Assembly (NCBI GenBank): GCA_963728405.1
Contig: CAVSJV010000018.1
Span: 1-64,000, forward strand
Reading direction: 5' to 3'
Origin: Methanomassiliicoccaceae archaeon
GTDB lineage: Archaea > Thermoplasmatota > Thermoplasmata > Methanomassiliicoccales > Methanomassiliicoccaceae
Length of the DNA stretch: 64,000 nt
The notes beneath the pieces were generated by a model. That model had not been told where the DNA came from. It worked only from the letters and a program-made list of their open reading frames with translations, and searched no databases. Shown here one piece after another: positions 33,445 to 45,351 of this stretch. How positions within the stretch are numbered: position 1 is the first letter of the stretch; each line of letters starts with the position of its first letter. Both the position numbers and the translations under genes were made by a program.

Positions 33445-35506
33445 TTAATTCCCCTCCCGCCGGTTTCGGGTATGGTGAAAAAGAAGATGCTCCCCACTCC
33501 CTTCTTCGACTCGACCCAGATGCGGCCGCCATGCCGTTCGACGATCTTCTTTGAGATCGCGAGCCCGATCCCGGTCCCCGGATACTGCTCGTTCGTATGA
33601 AGGCGCTGGAACATCTTGAACAGGTTCTCGTGATACTTCGGATCGATGCCGATGCCGTTGTCCTTGACGGCGATGATCCATTCGTGACCTCTGTGACGTG
33701 CTGATACTTCCACCCTCGGTGCTTCCGCCCCATGGAACTTGATGGCATTGCTGATCAGGTTCTGCAGCACCTGCACCATCTGCGTTTCATCGGCCAGAAC
33801 GGTCGGCAGCGGTTCGATGACGATGTGCGCTCTCGCCTCGCCGATCGCCATCTGCAGGTTGTTCTCGACCGTGTGCGCCACTTTGTTCATATCCACTATT
33901 GCAAATTCGCCATGCTTGGTGTCGATGCGCGAGAACTGCAGCAGGTCGTCGATGAGCTGCCTCATGCGCTCGGAACCGCGGACCGCCGTGCTCATGTACT
34001 TCTTAGCCTGCGGACTCAGTTCGCTGCCGAACTTCTTGTTAAGTAGTCCGAGGTAGGCGGTAACCATCCTGAGGGGCTCTTGCAGATCGTGACTGGCCAC
34101 ATAAGCGAACTGCTGCAGCTCGGCGTTGGAACTTTCTAGGTTTCGTTCGATCTCCTTTTGCGTGGTTATGTCCACGTAGGTGGCGAGCCCTCCCATGATC
34201 TTTCCTTGCCCGTCCTTCATGGGTATCGCCGAGGCGAGGATCGTTCCCCTGGAACCGTCCAAGCGTTGGATGTCGATCTCCTCGTTCGATATGGTCTCTC
34301 CATCCATAAGGGCGCGAGATATGGGCCATTCTTTTGCCTTGAGCTGAATCTCGGTACCGGGACGGAAGCCGTTGTAGGTTGCATACTGATCGATGTCCTC
34401 GGCCAAGGGTCGTTCGGTTCGCCAGATCTCGTAGGTCTTCATATTGACGATCTGCAAGCGGCCCTTCGCGTCCGCCACAGAAACGGCGACCGGCAACGAG
34501 TCGAGGATGAATTGCAGACGAGCACGCTCCCTTTCGACTGCGTTCTGGGCCTGCTTGATCTCGGTGATGTTCATGGACGAGATCAAGAACATCTCGTCGC
34601 TCAAGGGGGCGATGATGTTGAGGAAATAGTTGTCCAGCGGCATGAAGAGACCCTCGTAGGTGACCGATCTACCGCCCTCTCTAGCCTCCCTTATGCGGGG
34701 CATGTGTAATGACAAAGCATCCTCACCGTAGACCTGGAGTGCGCTCTGGCCCATGAGATCTTCCTTCTTCCTCCCGAGGGCCCGTTCGGTGGCTCGGTTG
34801 ACATCCACATAGATATAATCAACGACCATGCCTCGCTCGTCCAGAAACGTACTTGAAGACACCCACCATTTCCTGCAGGTTCTCGAACATACTGCGGTAC
34901 TTGGCCTCGCTCTCGCTCAGCTCCTTGGTGCGCTCTTGCACTTTATTCTCAAGCTGCTCGTTCGCATTCTTCAGCGCTTCTTCCGCCTGCACGCGTTCCG
35001 TTAGGTCGGCGACCACGATGCAGTAGGTCGGGACCTTGGCCGTTGGCAGAGAACTGATCGACAGCTGCATCGGTACGGATGTCCCATCATTATCCTTGAA
35101 CACAACCTCGTCACGAACCGGTTCGTGAACGCTCTGAATGATCATATCTCTGAATGTCGCCAGGTCGGAGGAAAGAATGTAATTTTCAAAGTTCGTGCCA
35201 ATGACATGCTCGAGGGGCACTTTCATCACACGGGCGAAGCTTTGATTGGCGTACAGGATGCCGCCGTCCTCGGCGATGGTGACCGCACCTTCGTTCATCT
35301 GCTCGAACAGAACCCGGTACGGCTCCTCCGCCCCCTTGAGAGTATAGATCTGTTCGCCGCCATCGGCGGAGACAACGATCGCGTCCACTTCTCCGCTCTG
35401 AATGGCCCTGAGCGTTTCCTCCGCATCGGCTAATTTTGCCCTCAGCTCCTCGTTCTCCGATCTAAGCTGTTCCTCGGTCGGGGCCTTGCGCTTCTCAGAA
35501 CGTCAC
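33441..35506 (-). CDS. kai-associated PAS sensor histidine kinase, frameshifted
   Basis: N-terminal LRAIQSGEVDA; 34819..35388 plus 33441..34862; ASHDLQEPL. Confidence 0.85.
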
Positions 35507-35856
35507 TTCTTACCTTCCTTCTTGCTCTTCTTTTCCGGCTGTATCTCCAGCCCGACGACCACTCGCTCCTTATCGGACATGTCCCCGACCAGCTTCCTAA
35601 GTGGCAAAGGCAACTTCCGGATGAGGGTCGGAGCGGCCAGGATCTGCTCCTTCTTGGCCAGCTCCGGCTGTTGGTAGATGTCGATGATCTCCAGTTCGTA
35701 CCGTCCCTTGAGCTCCTGCTCGCAGATCTTCTTGATGTTCCGGATCGCCTCCTCCGACCGAGGGGTGGTGCCGGTGATGTACAACCGAAGAACATACTTG
35801 ATGTTCTTGTCGTCCATGGGGGTTGAATCATTTTCGGACATATTGCACCTGCTCAT
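35503..35856 (-). CDS. kaiB: KaiB family protein (second paralog)
   Basis: [13 protein letters not shown]...[11 protein letters not shown]. Confidence 0.9.
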   Translation of the reverse strand: MSRCNMSENDSTPMDDKNIKYVLRLYITGTTPRSEEAIRNIKKICEQELKGRYELEIIDIYQQPELAKKEQILAAPTLIRKLPLPLRKLVGDMSDKERVVVGLEIQPEKKSKKEGKK

Positions 35857-36164
35857 TCCTCATCGTGTGGTCGTATGTCCAAGCCTACGAGCACACTCTC
35901 CTCGTTAGAGAGGTCCCCGATGATCTTCTTGATCGGCTCGGGAAGTTTCCTTACTAATGTCGGTAAGGCGACGATCTGGTCGCCCTTGGCCAGCTGGGGG
36001 GTCTTCATGAGATCGATGACCTCGATGTGGTATTGATCCTTGAGGTTCTCTTCGCAGATTCTCCGAAGGTTTGCTAGAGCGGCCAGCGACTTGGGGGTCT
36101 GACCGGCCACATAGAGCCGCAGGTCGTACATGTCCTTCTTTTCCTTAGTTCCCCGGTCGCTCAT
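35853..36164 (-). CDS. kaiB: Circadian clock protein KaiB
   Basis: [12 protein letters not shown]...[10 protein letters not shown]...IGDLS. Confidence 0.95.
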   Translation of the reverse strand: MSDRGTKEKKDMYDLRLYVAGQTPKSLAALANLRRICEENLKDQYHIEVIDLMKTPQLAKGDQIVALPTLVRKLPEPIKKIIGDLSNEESVLVGLDIRPHDEE

Positions 36165-37873
36165 TCGCTCCCCTCCTTCCCGCTGGCCGTTCTCAGTGAC
36201 CTCATGTACTTTCTCCCGGTTTCCAGCTCTTCCCTGCGCCTGTTCTCCTCCGACATTAGTCTGGCGAGGTCGGCTTCCTTTTCCGCGAACTCGGCGCGCA
36301 GCGCTTCCAACCGAGACTCCAGCACCTTACGTTGCTGTTCCAGGTTCGCCTTCAGGCGCTCCATCTCCTCGGCTCGAGCCGTCTCCTCCACTTCCTCCTT
36401 CGCTTCCTGGGCGTAGCGGGCCGAGCCGGTCAGCACGCCGGCAGGACCGATGTACGGCGGGATGAGGTCGATGCCCTCGCTGGTGATGTGGAACTCCCGT
36501 ATCTGGTTGGAATGGGCCATGCCTCTCGATTTGACGAGACGAAGAATACGGTTGTTCTCCCCGTTGGATTCCACGTTCTCCAACAGGATCCACGTGTCCA
36601 CCAACGAGGAGATCATCGAGCTTTGCTCGGGGCGCTCGGAATGCTTTAGATCGGTGAACACCGAAGTAACGCCGTTCATCTTCAGGAAATCGACTATGCG
36701 CATGAGCGTCGAGCGGACCTCGACATCGTCGCCGATGGCCATCAGGCTGCTGATGGGATCTAAGGCCACCACATCGGGCTTGAACGTGTTCACCAGTTTA
36801 TGAATGATGACCAGGTGCATCTCCAGTCCGTAGGAGGTCGGCCGGTCGGCATAGATCTGGAGCGAACCGTTCTTGATGAACGGTCCCAGCTCAATACCGA
36901 TAGAACGCATGTTCCGAATGATCTGGCCCTCTGACTCCTCGAAGGTGAAGAACAGCGCTTTCTTACCGTTTTCGCACGACGCCCGAACGAACTCGGCGGC
37001 GAACGAGGACTTGCCCGATCCTGCTTGTCCCGTTAATAGAATGGTGCTGCCTTTGAAGTACCCTTTCCCGCCGAGCATGGCGTCCAGGTCCTTGATGCCT
37101 GAGGAAACACGCTTGTCGGTCACCTTGGCCGTAAGACCGATGGAAGTGACCGGTAGTACTGAGAAACCGCCCTCGTCGATGAGGAAGGGGTACTCGTTCG
37201 AACCGTGCGAGGAACCGCGGTACTTGATGACCCGCATGCGCCGAGTGGCGATATTACCGATGATGCGGTTATCGAGGACTATGACCGCGTCGGACACATA
37301 CTCTTCTAGACCATTGCGAGTGAGCGTGTTCTCGCCCTTCTCGCCGGTGATCACGGCCGTTACTCCTTTGTCCTTCAGGAAGCGGAACAGCCTTCGCAGC
37401 TCGGAGCGAAGGATGAGAGTGTTGCTGAAGGCAGAGAAGATCGATTCGATCGTATCGAGCACCACGCGCTTGGCGCCCACCAAATCGATCGCATAGCCCA
37501 GACGAACGAAGAGCGCCTCCAGATCATACTCCCCGGTCTCCACGATCTCGGCCGATTCGACCTTGACGTAGTCTATCGAGAGCATGTTCTTCGCTTCGAG
37601 AGCCTTCACATCAAAGCCTAAGGATGCAACATTTTTGACCAGATCTTCCTCCGTCTCTTCAAAAGAAATGAAGACGCCTGGTTCGTTGAACTTGGTGGCG
37701 CCATTGACGAGGAACTCCATGGCGAAGAGCGTCTTGCCGGCCCCGGGACCGCCGACGATCAAGGTAGGGCGGCCTTTGGGCAAGCCGCCCTTGGTGATGT
37801 CATCAAATCCATCGATGCCGGTGGGAGTCTTCGGCAAATCGCCTAGTAACTGTTTCTTTCGCCTGGCACTCAT
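36161..37873 (-). CDS. kaiC: Double-domain KaiC with C-terminal coiled coil
   Basis: Two Walker A motifs ([16 protein letters not shown]), FEE motifs, ISSLVDTW phosphosite region; ATG 37873 with GGAG. Confidence 0.95.
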   Translation of the reverse strand: MSARRKKQLLGDLPKTPTGIDGFDDITKGGLPKGRPTLIVGGPGAGKTLFAMEFLVNGATKFNEPGVFISFEETEEDLVKNVASLGFDVKALEAKNMLSIDYVKVESAEIVETGEYDLEALFVRLGYAIDLVGAKRVVLDTIESIFSAFSNTLILRSELRRLFRFLKDKGVTAVITGEKGENTLTRNGLEEYVSDAVIVLDNRIIGNIATRRMRVIKYRGSSHGSNEYPFLIDEGGFSVLPVTSIGLTAKVTDKRVSSGIKDLDAMLGGKGYFKGSTILLTGQAGSGKSSFAAEFVRASCENGKKALFFTFEESEGQIIRNMRSIGIELGPFIKNGSLQIYADRPTSYGLEMHLVIIHKLVNTFKPDVVALDPISSLMAIGDDVEVRSTLMRIVDFLKMNGVTSVFTDLKHSERPEQSSMISSLVDTWILLENVESNGENNRILRLVKSRGMAHSNQIREFHITSEGIDLIPPYIGPAGVLTGSARYAQEAKEEVEETARAEEMERLKANLEQQRKVLESRLEALRAEFAEKEADLARLMSEENRRREELETGRKYMRSLRTASGKEGSE

Positions 37874-38440
37874 CGTCTGGTCTCCGTGGTTGGAGTATCT
37901 GGCTGGTAGAACATCGCACTTTCTATCGGCAATCTTGGTACCCCGATTATTTACGACCAATATCTCCACCATGATATTTCAACGCTTTTCATCTCCACCC
38001 AGTATGTAGCCCCAATGCTCTCGATCGTGGCCTGACCCAACGAGTTATGTCATTGTTCGAATGCTGCCCCACCGTGATTATTGTGTATGTGTTGAATAAA
38101 TTGTTTCGAGTGTAATGGTATGATGGTCCGCATCGAGTGCCAGCGCGCATATGGTCACGCTCAGGGTACCTCAGGGGTTTTGCTCGAAATGTGACATCAT
38201 GATCGCCAGGACCATCGATGCCGGCGCTCGGCCGAAGCTGATCAGGCCTTGAGCTGGACCGGAACTATCGACAGTACGATAGGCGACACACGAAAAGCAC
38301 TTACGCCCCACGGTGACGTCAATATGCCCGGGGCCTGGCGAGTGAATGTGAGTGAATGTATGATCTCTCCATCAGTTACCTCCTGATCTAGGCCATATGG
38401 CATTTCCCACCGGATTGCCAGCGGTTCTATTCTATTTGCT

Positions 38441-39560
38441 CTATATCGGGATAGTGAAGAAGAAGGTGCTGCCATGGCCCGGCTCCGACTCGAACCATAC
38501 CGTTCCACCGTGCCGTTCCACTATCCGCTTCACCGTGGCCAGTCCGATCCCGGTCCCTTCGTACTCTGCGGAAGAATGAAGGCGGGAGAACATCTGGAAT
38601 AATCGGTCCGCATACTGCGGCTCGATCCCAATGCCGTTGTCCTGGACCGAGAACTGCCATGCTGCCCCTCTCTTTTCCGCGGAGACATGGATCCGAGGGG
38701 CCTCGGGGCCGTGGAACTTTAGGGCATTGGCCACCAGGTTTTGCAGGAGCTGCACCATCTGGGTGCCATTGGCCCTGATGGTGGGGAGCCGGTCGCTGGA
38801 AACGGAGGCCTGTAAGCTCGCGATGGAGGCGGCGAGATTCTGTCGAACCGTGTCAAGGACCTGGTTCATATCGGTCGGTTCAAGATCCATGTCGCTCTGC
38901 TCGATGGTCGAGTACTGCAGCAGATCGTCGATCAGATGGGCCATATGCCTGGCGGCGTCCACGGAATGGCCGATGTACTCTCCGGCCCGTTGGTCCAGGG
39001 CCTTTCCCTGATATTTTCGTTGTAAGAGCTGCAAGTAAGAAGAGATGGTGGACAGGGGGGATTTCAGATCATGGGAGGCGATATAGGCGAACTTCTTTAG
39101 GTCCTCATTGGACTGGTTCAATTCGTCGCTCTTTTCCCTCAAGCGATCATTGGCCCGCTCCAGCTCGCTCGTTCCCTTTTCCAGGCGTTCATTGCTTTCC
39201 TGGAGGGAGCGATTGGTCCGTTTGAGATCGGCGGCCTGCTTGACTTAAGAATTGACCGAAGATCACGGCTACGATGATCACGAAGATGGTGAAGGCACCA
39301 TCGATCACCGAAGTGCTCTCCGCCCCCGGCGAGGAGAAATAGAAGCCCGTGATGGTCAACGCTGTGGTCACCACGCCCATAAGCAGCAGAGGCGTCCGCA
39401 TCCGACCATAGAGGGTTATTACCACGATGGGGATCAGATAGAGGACCGTGTCGGCGTAGCCCCGGGGAATGGCGATGTCGAGCGCAAAAATGGGGACACA
39501 TGAAAGGAAGCAGAGCAAGATAACAACATTGGAACCATGATCCCCTCCATGATCCTGCAT
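38441..39560 (-). CDS. Membrane sensor histidine kinase, frameshifted
   Basis: TM domain 39189..39560; ASHDLKSPL kinase 38441..39142. Confidence 0.85.
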
Positions 39561-39875
39561 AAATCTTGATGAGTCGTGCCCATATTATATTGTTCTATGA
39601 ACGGTTGGCCAGCCTATCTCTGGGAATGCCCGACGGTATGATCGATTAATGAAAATAGGTCGAACGGCGGATACTGGTTCAGAGGCAATGACGAACCCGC
39701 TCATGGGGTACTGGCGGGGAGTGCATCTCTCCACAAAGATGGCGATGTGGGAACCTGATACGGATCATGATGGAAGGCGTCTTTCGCACAGCAGGGCGAT
39801 CTCGGCACCGCCTTGACATGTATCACAAAAATTGAGTAGCCTTTTTATAGCCAATAATCTCAAGAGAAGGATATT

Positions 39876-40205
39876 ATGGCCAACAATATCAAACTGATCG
39901 TATATCCTGCAAAAGACTTGGAAAAGGCCAAACGCATTTTTAGTAAATTTTTAGATGTTGAGCCCTACGTGGACGGACCATATTATGTGGGCTATAAAAT
40001 GGGCGATCAGGAAGTGGGCTTGGACCCCCACGGCCAGGCAGTAATATGCTATATTGACGTGACCGACATTAAAAAAAGCCTTCAGACCTTAGTAGACGCT
40101 GGCGCGGTCATTCAGCAAGATATTAAAGATGTAGGTGGGGGCCTGTTAATCGCACAGGTCAAAGATGCCAACAACAATCTATTAGGTCTTAGGGGGCCGA
40201 AATAG
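39876..40205 (+). CDS. VOC/glyoxalase family protein
   Basis: YPAKDLEKAK...DVGGG..AQVKDANNN. Confidence 0.85.
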   Translation: MANNIKLIVYPAKDLEKAKRIFSKFLDVEPYVDGPYYVGYKMGDQEVGLDPHGQAVICYIDVTDIKKSLQTLVDAGAVIQQDIKDVGGGLLIAQVKDANNNLLGLRGPK

Positions 40206-40415
40206 TTTAAACTAGATCTCTCGGCGGCATCGGGCAGGGCACCCTGCCCTTGGATGGCGGTTAGCCTGGCAAGAGCCGTTCAACCGTCAGTGTGTTGGGA
40301 CGATGAGGTCAGATGCCGTTCCGAAAAATTAGTGTATGCCGGCTAGGGGTAAGGCCGTGGGAATAGCCAACCACGGGGGACAAAGGAACAGGGGGCGGTA
40401 GGGGAACCCGCTCCC

Positions 40416-40565
40416 CTATTTGTGGATCTTCTCCTTCAGCTTCTCCCCGAACTTGGCGGCCTTTTCCACCAGCTTGTCCACCTTTTCCTGGGCTCCCGCC
40501 TCGGCCTTCTTCGCAGACGTCTTTATCTCTATCTCATCCGACTTTGTCTCCTCGGTCGTTCCCAT
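40416..40565 (-). CDS. Small K/E/A-rich protein, paralog of 31386..31541
   Basis: MGTTEETKSDEIEIKTSAKKAEAGAQEKVDKLVEKAAKFGEKLKEKIHK. Confidence 0.65.
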   Translation of the reverse strand: MGTTEETKSDEIEIKTSAKKAEAGAQEKVDKLVEKAAKFGEKLKEKIHK

Positions 40566-40790
40566 GCGCTGACGCTCCTGTAGATGGTAACTTGGGCGCC
40601 ATCCGATAAATAATCACTGACCGGAACAGATCGGTCAAGGGTCGCTGGCCCGGCATGCACGGCAAGGATGCCGGGTTCCTTATCCGTTGTCAATGGCTTC
40701 CCATGGCCGTTCCTAACCTTCGGTGGCCCCAGCCCCATCACCATATCGGTCAGCACAACATTGTTATATCATCAGGTCCGAGCCAGCGGC

Positions 40791-41156
40791 ATGGACCTCG
40801 AAGAGTTGATCGAAAAAAGAATGGAGGCCATTCTGAGGAATGACCGCAGCCTGTCGGTAGAGTACGAAATAATGGAGGAAGTTAAGGATGGTGCCGACTG
40901 GGGCGTGATAGCCATCCTCGACGATCATGACCAGGTTCGACGCTATGAGTTCATCGAGTCGGAGGCAAGCTGGATGAGGCCTATGGCGATCGATGAGTAC
41001 AACGAGGCGGCCTATGGTGAGGTCCCCGTCTCGGTCATCGTCCCGGACGAAGCGTTCCTGGCCATGAGCACGCGGGTCCAGAAGTATGGTAACAGGGACA
41101 TCGCCGTTTTCGGCTACGATGCCATCTTGCTGCGGGTCAAGGGATTGCCCCCCTGA
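40791..41156 (+). CDS. Hypothetical protein
   Basis: Acidic 121 aa ORF from ATG 40791; TTATAT upstream. Confidence 0.7.
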   Translation: MDLEELIEKRMEAILRNDRSLSVEYEIMEEVKDGADWGVIAILDDHDQVRRYEFIESEASWMRPMAIDEYNEAAYGEVPVSVIVPDEAFLAMSTRVQKYGNRDIAVFGYDAILLRVKGLPP

Positions 41157-41325
41157 GCATAGGTGCGGAAAAGGCTCTTTTCGAGCAAATGGTATGGCTA
41201 CCGTCCAACTTCGGGCGAGAAGCCATAGATCGGTAGATGGGCAGTGATCACATCGACGAAGTCTCGCCCCACGGGGTACCTCCACAGGGACATCCATAAG
41301 GCCGACCTGTGCTAATCTTCTGAAC

Positions 41326-41952
41326 GTGGGCATCGTCGAATCGATAGTTCAGTTCGTTATGCAGCTCATCGACCAGATCGGCTATCCCGGCATCGTCGGC
41401 CTGATGCTCTTGCAGAGTATGGGCCTACCGATACCGAGCGAGGTGGTGATGCCCATGGGCGGATGGCTCGCTTCCGACGGAGCGCTCGATCTCATCCTGG
41501 TCATCGCCTCCGGGACCCTGGGGAGCGTCATCGGTTCGGTCATTGCCTACGAGATCGGCCTTAAGGGAGGGAGGGCCGCGGTCGAACGGTATGGCGGGTT
41601 CGTGCTCTTGAACAAGGACCGTCTCGATTCAGCGGAGCAGTGGTTCGATAAGTTCGGGGTGACGGCCATCTTCCTATCGCGTTTGCTTCCCTTCGTCGGT
41701 GCCTATCTTTCCTTTCCGGCAGGAATGGTCAAAATGAAGTTCTGGCCGTTCCTCGCCCTGACGGCCCTGGGCTCGGTGGTCTGGTGCTCCGCCCTGGTGT
41801 GTATCGGCTATCTCCTGGGGCCGAACTGGAACAGCCTCGCCGGTTCCTATGATCTGCTGGCCATTATGGTCCTGGCGGCCTGCGGGCTCGCACTGGGGGC
41901 CTGGTATCTCGTGAAAGGCAGAACGAAGAATGACGGACTGATGCCGAAGTAA
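41326..41952 (+). CDS. dedA: DedA family membrane protein
   Basis: PIPSEVVMPMGG, AIFLSRLLP, SFPAG. Confidence 0.9.
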   Translation: MGIVESIVQFVMQLIDQIGYPGIVGLMLLQSMGLPIPSEVVMPMGGWLASDGALDLILVIASGTLGSVIGSVIAYEIGLKGGRAAVERYGGFVLLNKDRLDSAEQWFDKFGVTAIFLSRLLPFVGAYLSFPAGMVKMKFWPFLALTALGSVVWCSALVCIGYLLGPNWNSLAGSYDLLAIMVLAACGLALGAWYLVKGRTKNDGLMPK

Positions 41953-42106
41953 ATGGACAGCGCCTCCATCCCGGTCGGAGGCATCCTGGTCGAAGTGAAC
42001 CGTCGTCAACCTTATTTCCTCTCCGCTGTCGCGGTGTCCGATCACTTCTTGCTCCCCTTTCTATCGTCCGTCATCGGCTTTGAGACTTACCTGATCGCAG
42101 CCAGCT

Positions 42107-42680
42107 TCAATCCTGAACATCCAATGCCGAGATCTTGTCCAATGGCAGTGGCGGGCCGATCGGCTTCTTGTTGGCCCGAGATGGCAGCCATTGCTTTGCC
42201 TCTCCTAACGATCGGTCCAATTCCCAGCTCACGAACGCCCTGAACGTGACCGGCTCACCGCTCAGCTTCCGGCACAAGTTGAGTTCGCCCATTACCAGGA
42301 TCGCTGCCAGTATCACCGTCAATGCCATCTCCGGCATCGAGGCCAACCCCAGATAATAGGTCTCGACGTAGTCCATGAGCAAGTGCATGACCCATGAGAG
42401 CAGCGGGGTGGCAAAGGAGAACAGCAGCGCCACCGGCATGACGACGAAGAACGCCACCGGCTGGTGCATCATCGATTTCCACTCCACGTCCGAGGCCATG
42501 GCATGTTTGATGCTGAGCAGGCTCGCTCCCTGGTTGCCCGATACAGTACTCGGCCATTCCGAACAGGTGGTCCAGATCGATGAACACGCCGAACATGAGC
42601 ACCGCCAACGCATCGTTCCTCTCCAAAGAGAACAGACGGATGATGATCAGGCAGACCAGGATATGAACGATGGCAAGCAA
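42107..42680 (-). CDS. Membrane protein with H...DLDH...H metal-hydrolase-like motif, frameshifted
   Basis: 42255..42680 plus 42107..42613. Confidence 0.65.
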
Positions 42681-42859
42681 TGAAAACTACCACGGCCGGA
42701 GGAGTAGATTAACGTTTTGGACCTGTTTTATCGAGAACGATATTACTGGGATCAGTCAAGCCAGCATGAGGCTCATTATATTGTTAGGTCATCCGAGATC
42801 TGGAGGGCAACAAGCCGTTCGAGGATGAGCTCTCCCCCCGCACCAGCGACCTAAGCTGC

Positions 42860-43645
42860 CTATTTGAGGCCGTAGAGACCCGCCTGCATGTGAGAGTACC
42901 AGAACAGTTCCACCGTGCGGAAACCGGCCTCTCGTAGCAGGGCCAGATGCTCTTCCGCGGTGATGGGGAAGTACTCTTTGTCCAATCGGGCCAGAATGGT
43001 GTTCACCTCCGCAGCGCTCTTACCCATCTCGGACTGGAAGCGACCCCAGTTCCTCTTCCCGATCTCGATCCCGCGGGCGGTGAATGGACGGATGTTCTCG
43101 AAGGTGACGAACAGACCGCCCTCTTGCAGGCTCTCGAAGCACACCTCCACTGCCTTTTTCCTCTCGACCTTCGATAGATAGTGGTGGCATTGAATGGCGG
43201 TGATCACATCGGGGCTTTTATCGATCAGGCCCATCAACCCCTGAGTGCCGGTCGGCCGGAGAAATTGAACGCGCTCCTCGCCGGCAAGTTTCTTCCGCGC
43301 TCGGTCCAGCATCTGCTCCGACGGATCGGCCAGGAGGAACCGGGTGTGGGGCAGGCGGTCCAGGGCCGTTCTCACCAGCGTCCCGGTCCCGCAGCCGGTG
43401 TCCAACCAGAGCGTGGGAGGACGGTCTAGGGAGGAGGCTAGGTTGATCGTTTCCTGGTGCATGAGGTCAAGATAGGGGATCGTCCTTACGATCTGGGCGT
43501 CATAGTCCTCGGGCGGGTGAGGAGCCCTATTGCCGCTACCAGTCATCGATCGCCAAAGGGGCTCGGCCGTAATAAGTCTGCGGTCGCTCATAGCCTCACG
43601 GCAGGAACGGTGTGGATGTGCATCATTTCCCATGGGCAGCCCCAC
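42860..43645 (-). CDS. Class I SAM-dependent methyltransferase (CmoA-like)
   Basis: WLDTGCGTG motif; start uncertain. Confidence 0.88.
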   Translation of the reverse strand: MGLPMGNDAHPHRSCREAMSDRRLITAEPLWRSMTGSGNRAPHPPEDYDAQIVRTIPYLDLMHQETINLASSLDRPPTLWLDTGCGTGTLVRTALDRLPHTRFLLADPSEQMLDRARKKLAGEERVQFLRPTGTQGLMGLIDKSPDVITAIQCHHYLSKVERKKAVEVCFESLQEGGLFVTFENIRPFTARGIEIGKRNWGRFQSEMGKSAAEVNTILARLDKEYFPITAEEHLALLREAGFRTVELFWYSHMQAGLYGLK

Positions 43646-43787
43646 ACCCGGTGCGGCACCGGGCGCTCACGAACCGGTGCACCGGGCCAAGAATTGGCTC
43701 GATGCCAAATGCCCTGTTCCCGGAAACGATGCCGCGTCTACGCATTGATTCACGTCGGGCCGTTCTCCCGAATCAACTAGGGAGCGC

Positions 43788-44726
43788 TCACTCCCGGCCT
43801 CCCCACCCTTTCAGGACGCCCTGGAGCCACTTCCCGTTCTCCTTGTACAGCTTGACGAGGAGGTTCCCGAAGTACCCCCGGTCGAACCAGTACCGGTAGC
43901 GCCGGTCCAGCATCTCCTGGTAGTTCGGCACATAGGTCGATACCGGTATCCACTCAGCACCGTTCTTGATCTTGTAGAAGTCATAGGCGGAAGCGGCGGC
44001 CAGGCGGTGGTACAACGCCAGGTCATAGATGCCATAGCGCATGTAGATGACGAAGTCTTCCAGCGCGTTGGGGGAGTTCGGATTGGTGGAGAGCCCTTGG
44101 GAGGCCACCAGGAAGTAACCCAGGTTCCCCTCCAGGGGGACGAACTTGGAATGAAGCGCCAATCGGATGGTGAAATCGTAGTCGGCAGACGAGCGGAACT
44201 GCTCGTCCAAGTAACCGGCCCTCTCGATGAGGGCCTTGCGGAACATGAAGAACGAGCCGAACACGAACAGCCGGGTCGCCTCGCCGGCCGGCTCTCGGGT
44301 CTTGTCCCAGATGTAGCCCTCCTCCACCTCGCCGAAGCGGGGGACCACCTTTTCCTTCCCGTACACCAGGTCGACATCGGGTTGCCGGTCCAGGACGTCC
44401 GCCTGCCTTTCAATGGAGTCGGGAGTCCGCAGGTCGTCGATGTTCCATATCGCCAGGTAGGGCCCGGTGGCGTTCCGGATGCAGTTGTTCCAGGATGCCG
44501 AATAGGTGACCACTTTTGGCTGGACGGTATAGCGAAGATGTCCGGGGTACTTCTCCTGGAACTCCCTGACCAGCCGAAGCTCCTCGGCCGACGGCTCATT
44601 GAGGTCCATTACCAATTCCAGGCGATCGAAGGCGGTCTGCTCCGGAACTCGCTCCAGGAACAGCGGCAGGTACTTCTCCCCGCGGTAGCAGGAGGTCAGG
44701 GTGGAGACAATGGGCCTCTCGTTCAT
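43788..44726 (-). CDS. Glycosyltransferase family 2
   Basis: WNIDD DxD-like motif; SSADYDF. Confidence 0.9.
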   Translation of the reverse strand: MNERPIVSTLTSCYRGEKYLPLFLERVPEQTAFDRLELVMDLNEPSAEELRLVREFQEKYPGHLRYTVQPKVVTYSASWNNCIRNATGPYLAIWNIDDLRTPDSIERQADVLDRQPDVDLVYGKEKVVPRFGEVEEGYIWDKTREPAGEATRLFVFGSFFMFRKALIERAGYLDEQFRSSADYDFTIRLALHSKFVPLEGNLGYFLVASQGLSTNPNSPNALEDFVIYMRYGIYDLALYHRLAAASAYDFYKIKNGAEWIPVSTYVPNYQEMLDRRYRYWFDRGYFGNLLVKLYKENGKWLQGVLKGWGGRE

Positions 44727-45351
44727 TTCCCTCGGTCCTCCAAGCGCCAGTTCCCTGGCCCCCTCCGCTCATCACCCAGGTCATGGCGGGCCCTCGACCA
44801 GAGCCCCCAGCGATCGTTGGGTCGCCCAACGACGAGGGTACCCCATGGGTCGGCTCGTTCCGTTTGCCAATGTCCCACATAAGGTTCCCCCATGTCCGGT
44901 CACCCCCCCCACCTTCGGTACTTCCCAATATTTCGGTGGTCCACCACTTATCTATGTGGGCCTTCTGCTTCAAAATCTTTACTCCTTTCGATGCCCGGCC
45001 AGCCGCCTCGCCCATCACCGGACATCCCCATCACAACTTTCGAAAATTTCGGTTCAAGCGAAGCACCGAAGGTCGCTGCCCCGGACCGGATGCCGTGGTC
45101 CTGGCATATGTCGCAGATCGGAGGGCCGGTGGTGCCGACCCATGGGCACTACGCGATGGAAGGTCTGTTTTCCTCAATCCGAAACATGTTCATCCATCGC
45201 AATTACTTCACCACTTTCCTTAACAGGTACAGAGTCGGTCACAATGTCACCATGGGGATCGAATGGGGGATAGACCCCCGAGGATGTCGATCCTCTACTC
45301 CCTGGGCAGAGGGTGCGCAAGTGACCTGGAAGCTTTGGTCCGCGACGATGT

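Noticed and set aside
43949-43960. GATACCGGTATC as a copy of the element palindrome
   Set aside because: Arms are in reverse order with no spacer, inside a coding sequence.
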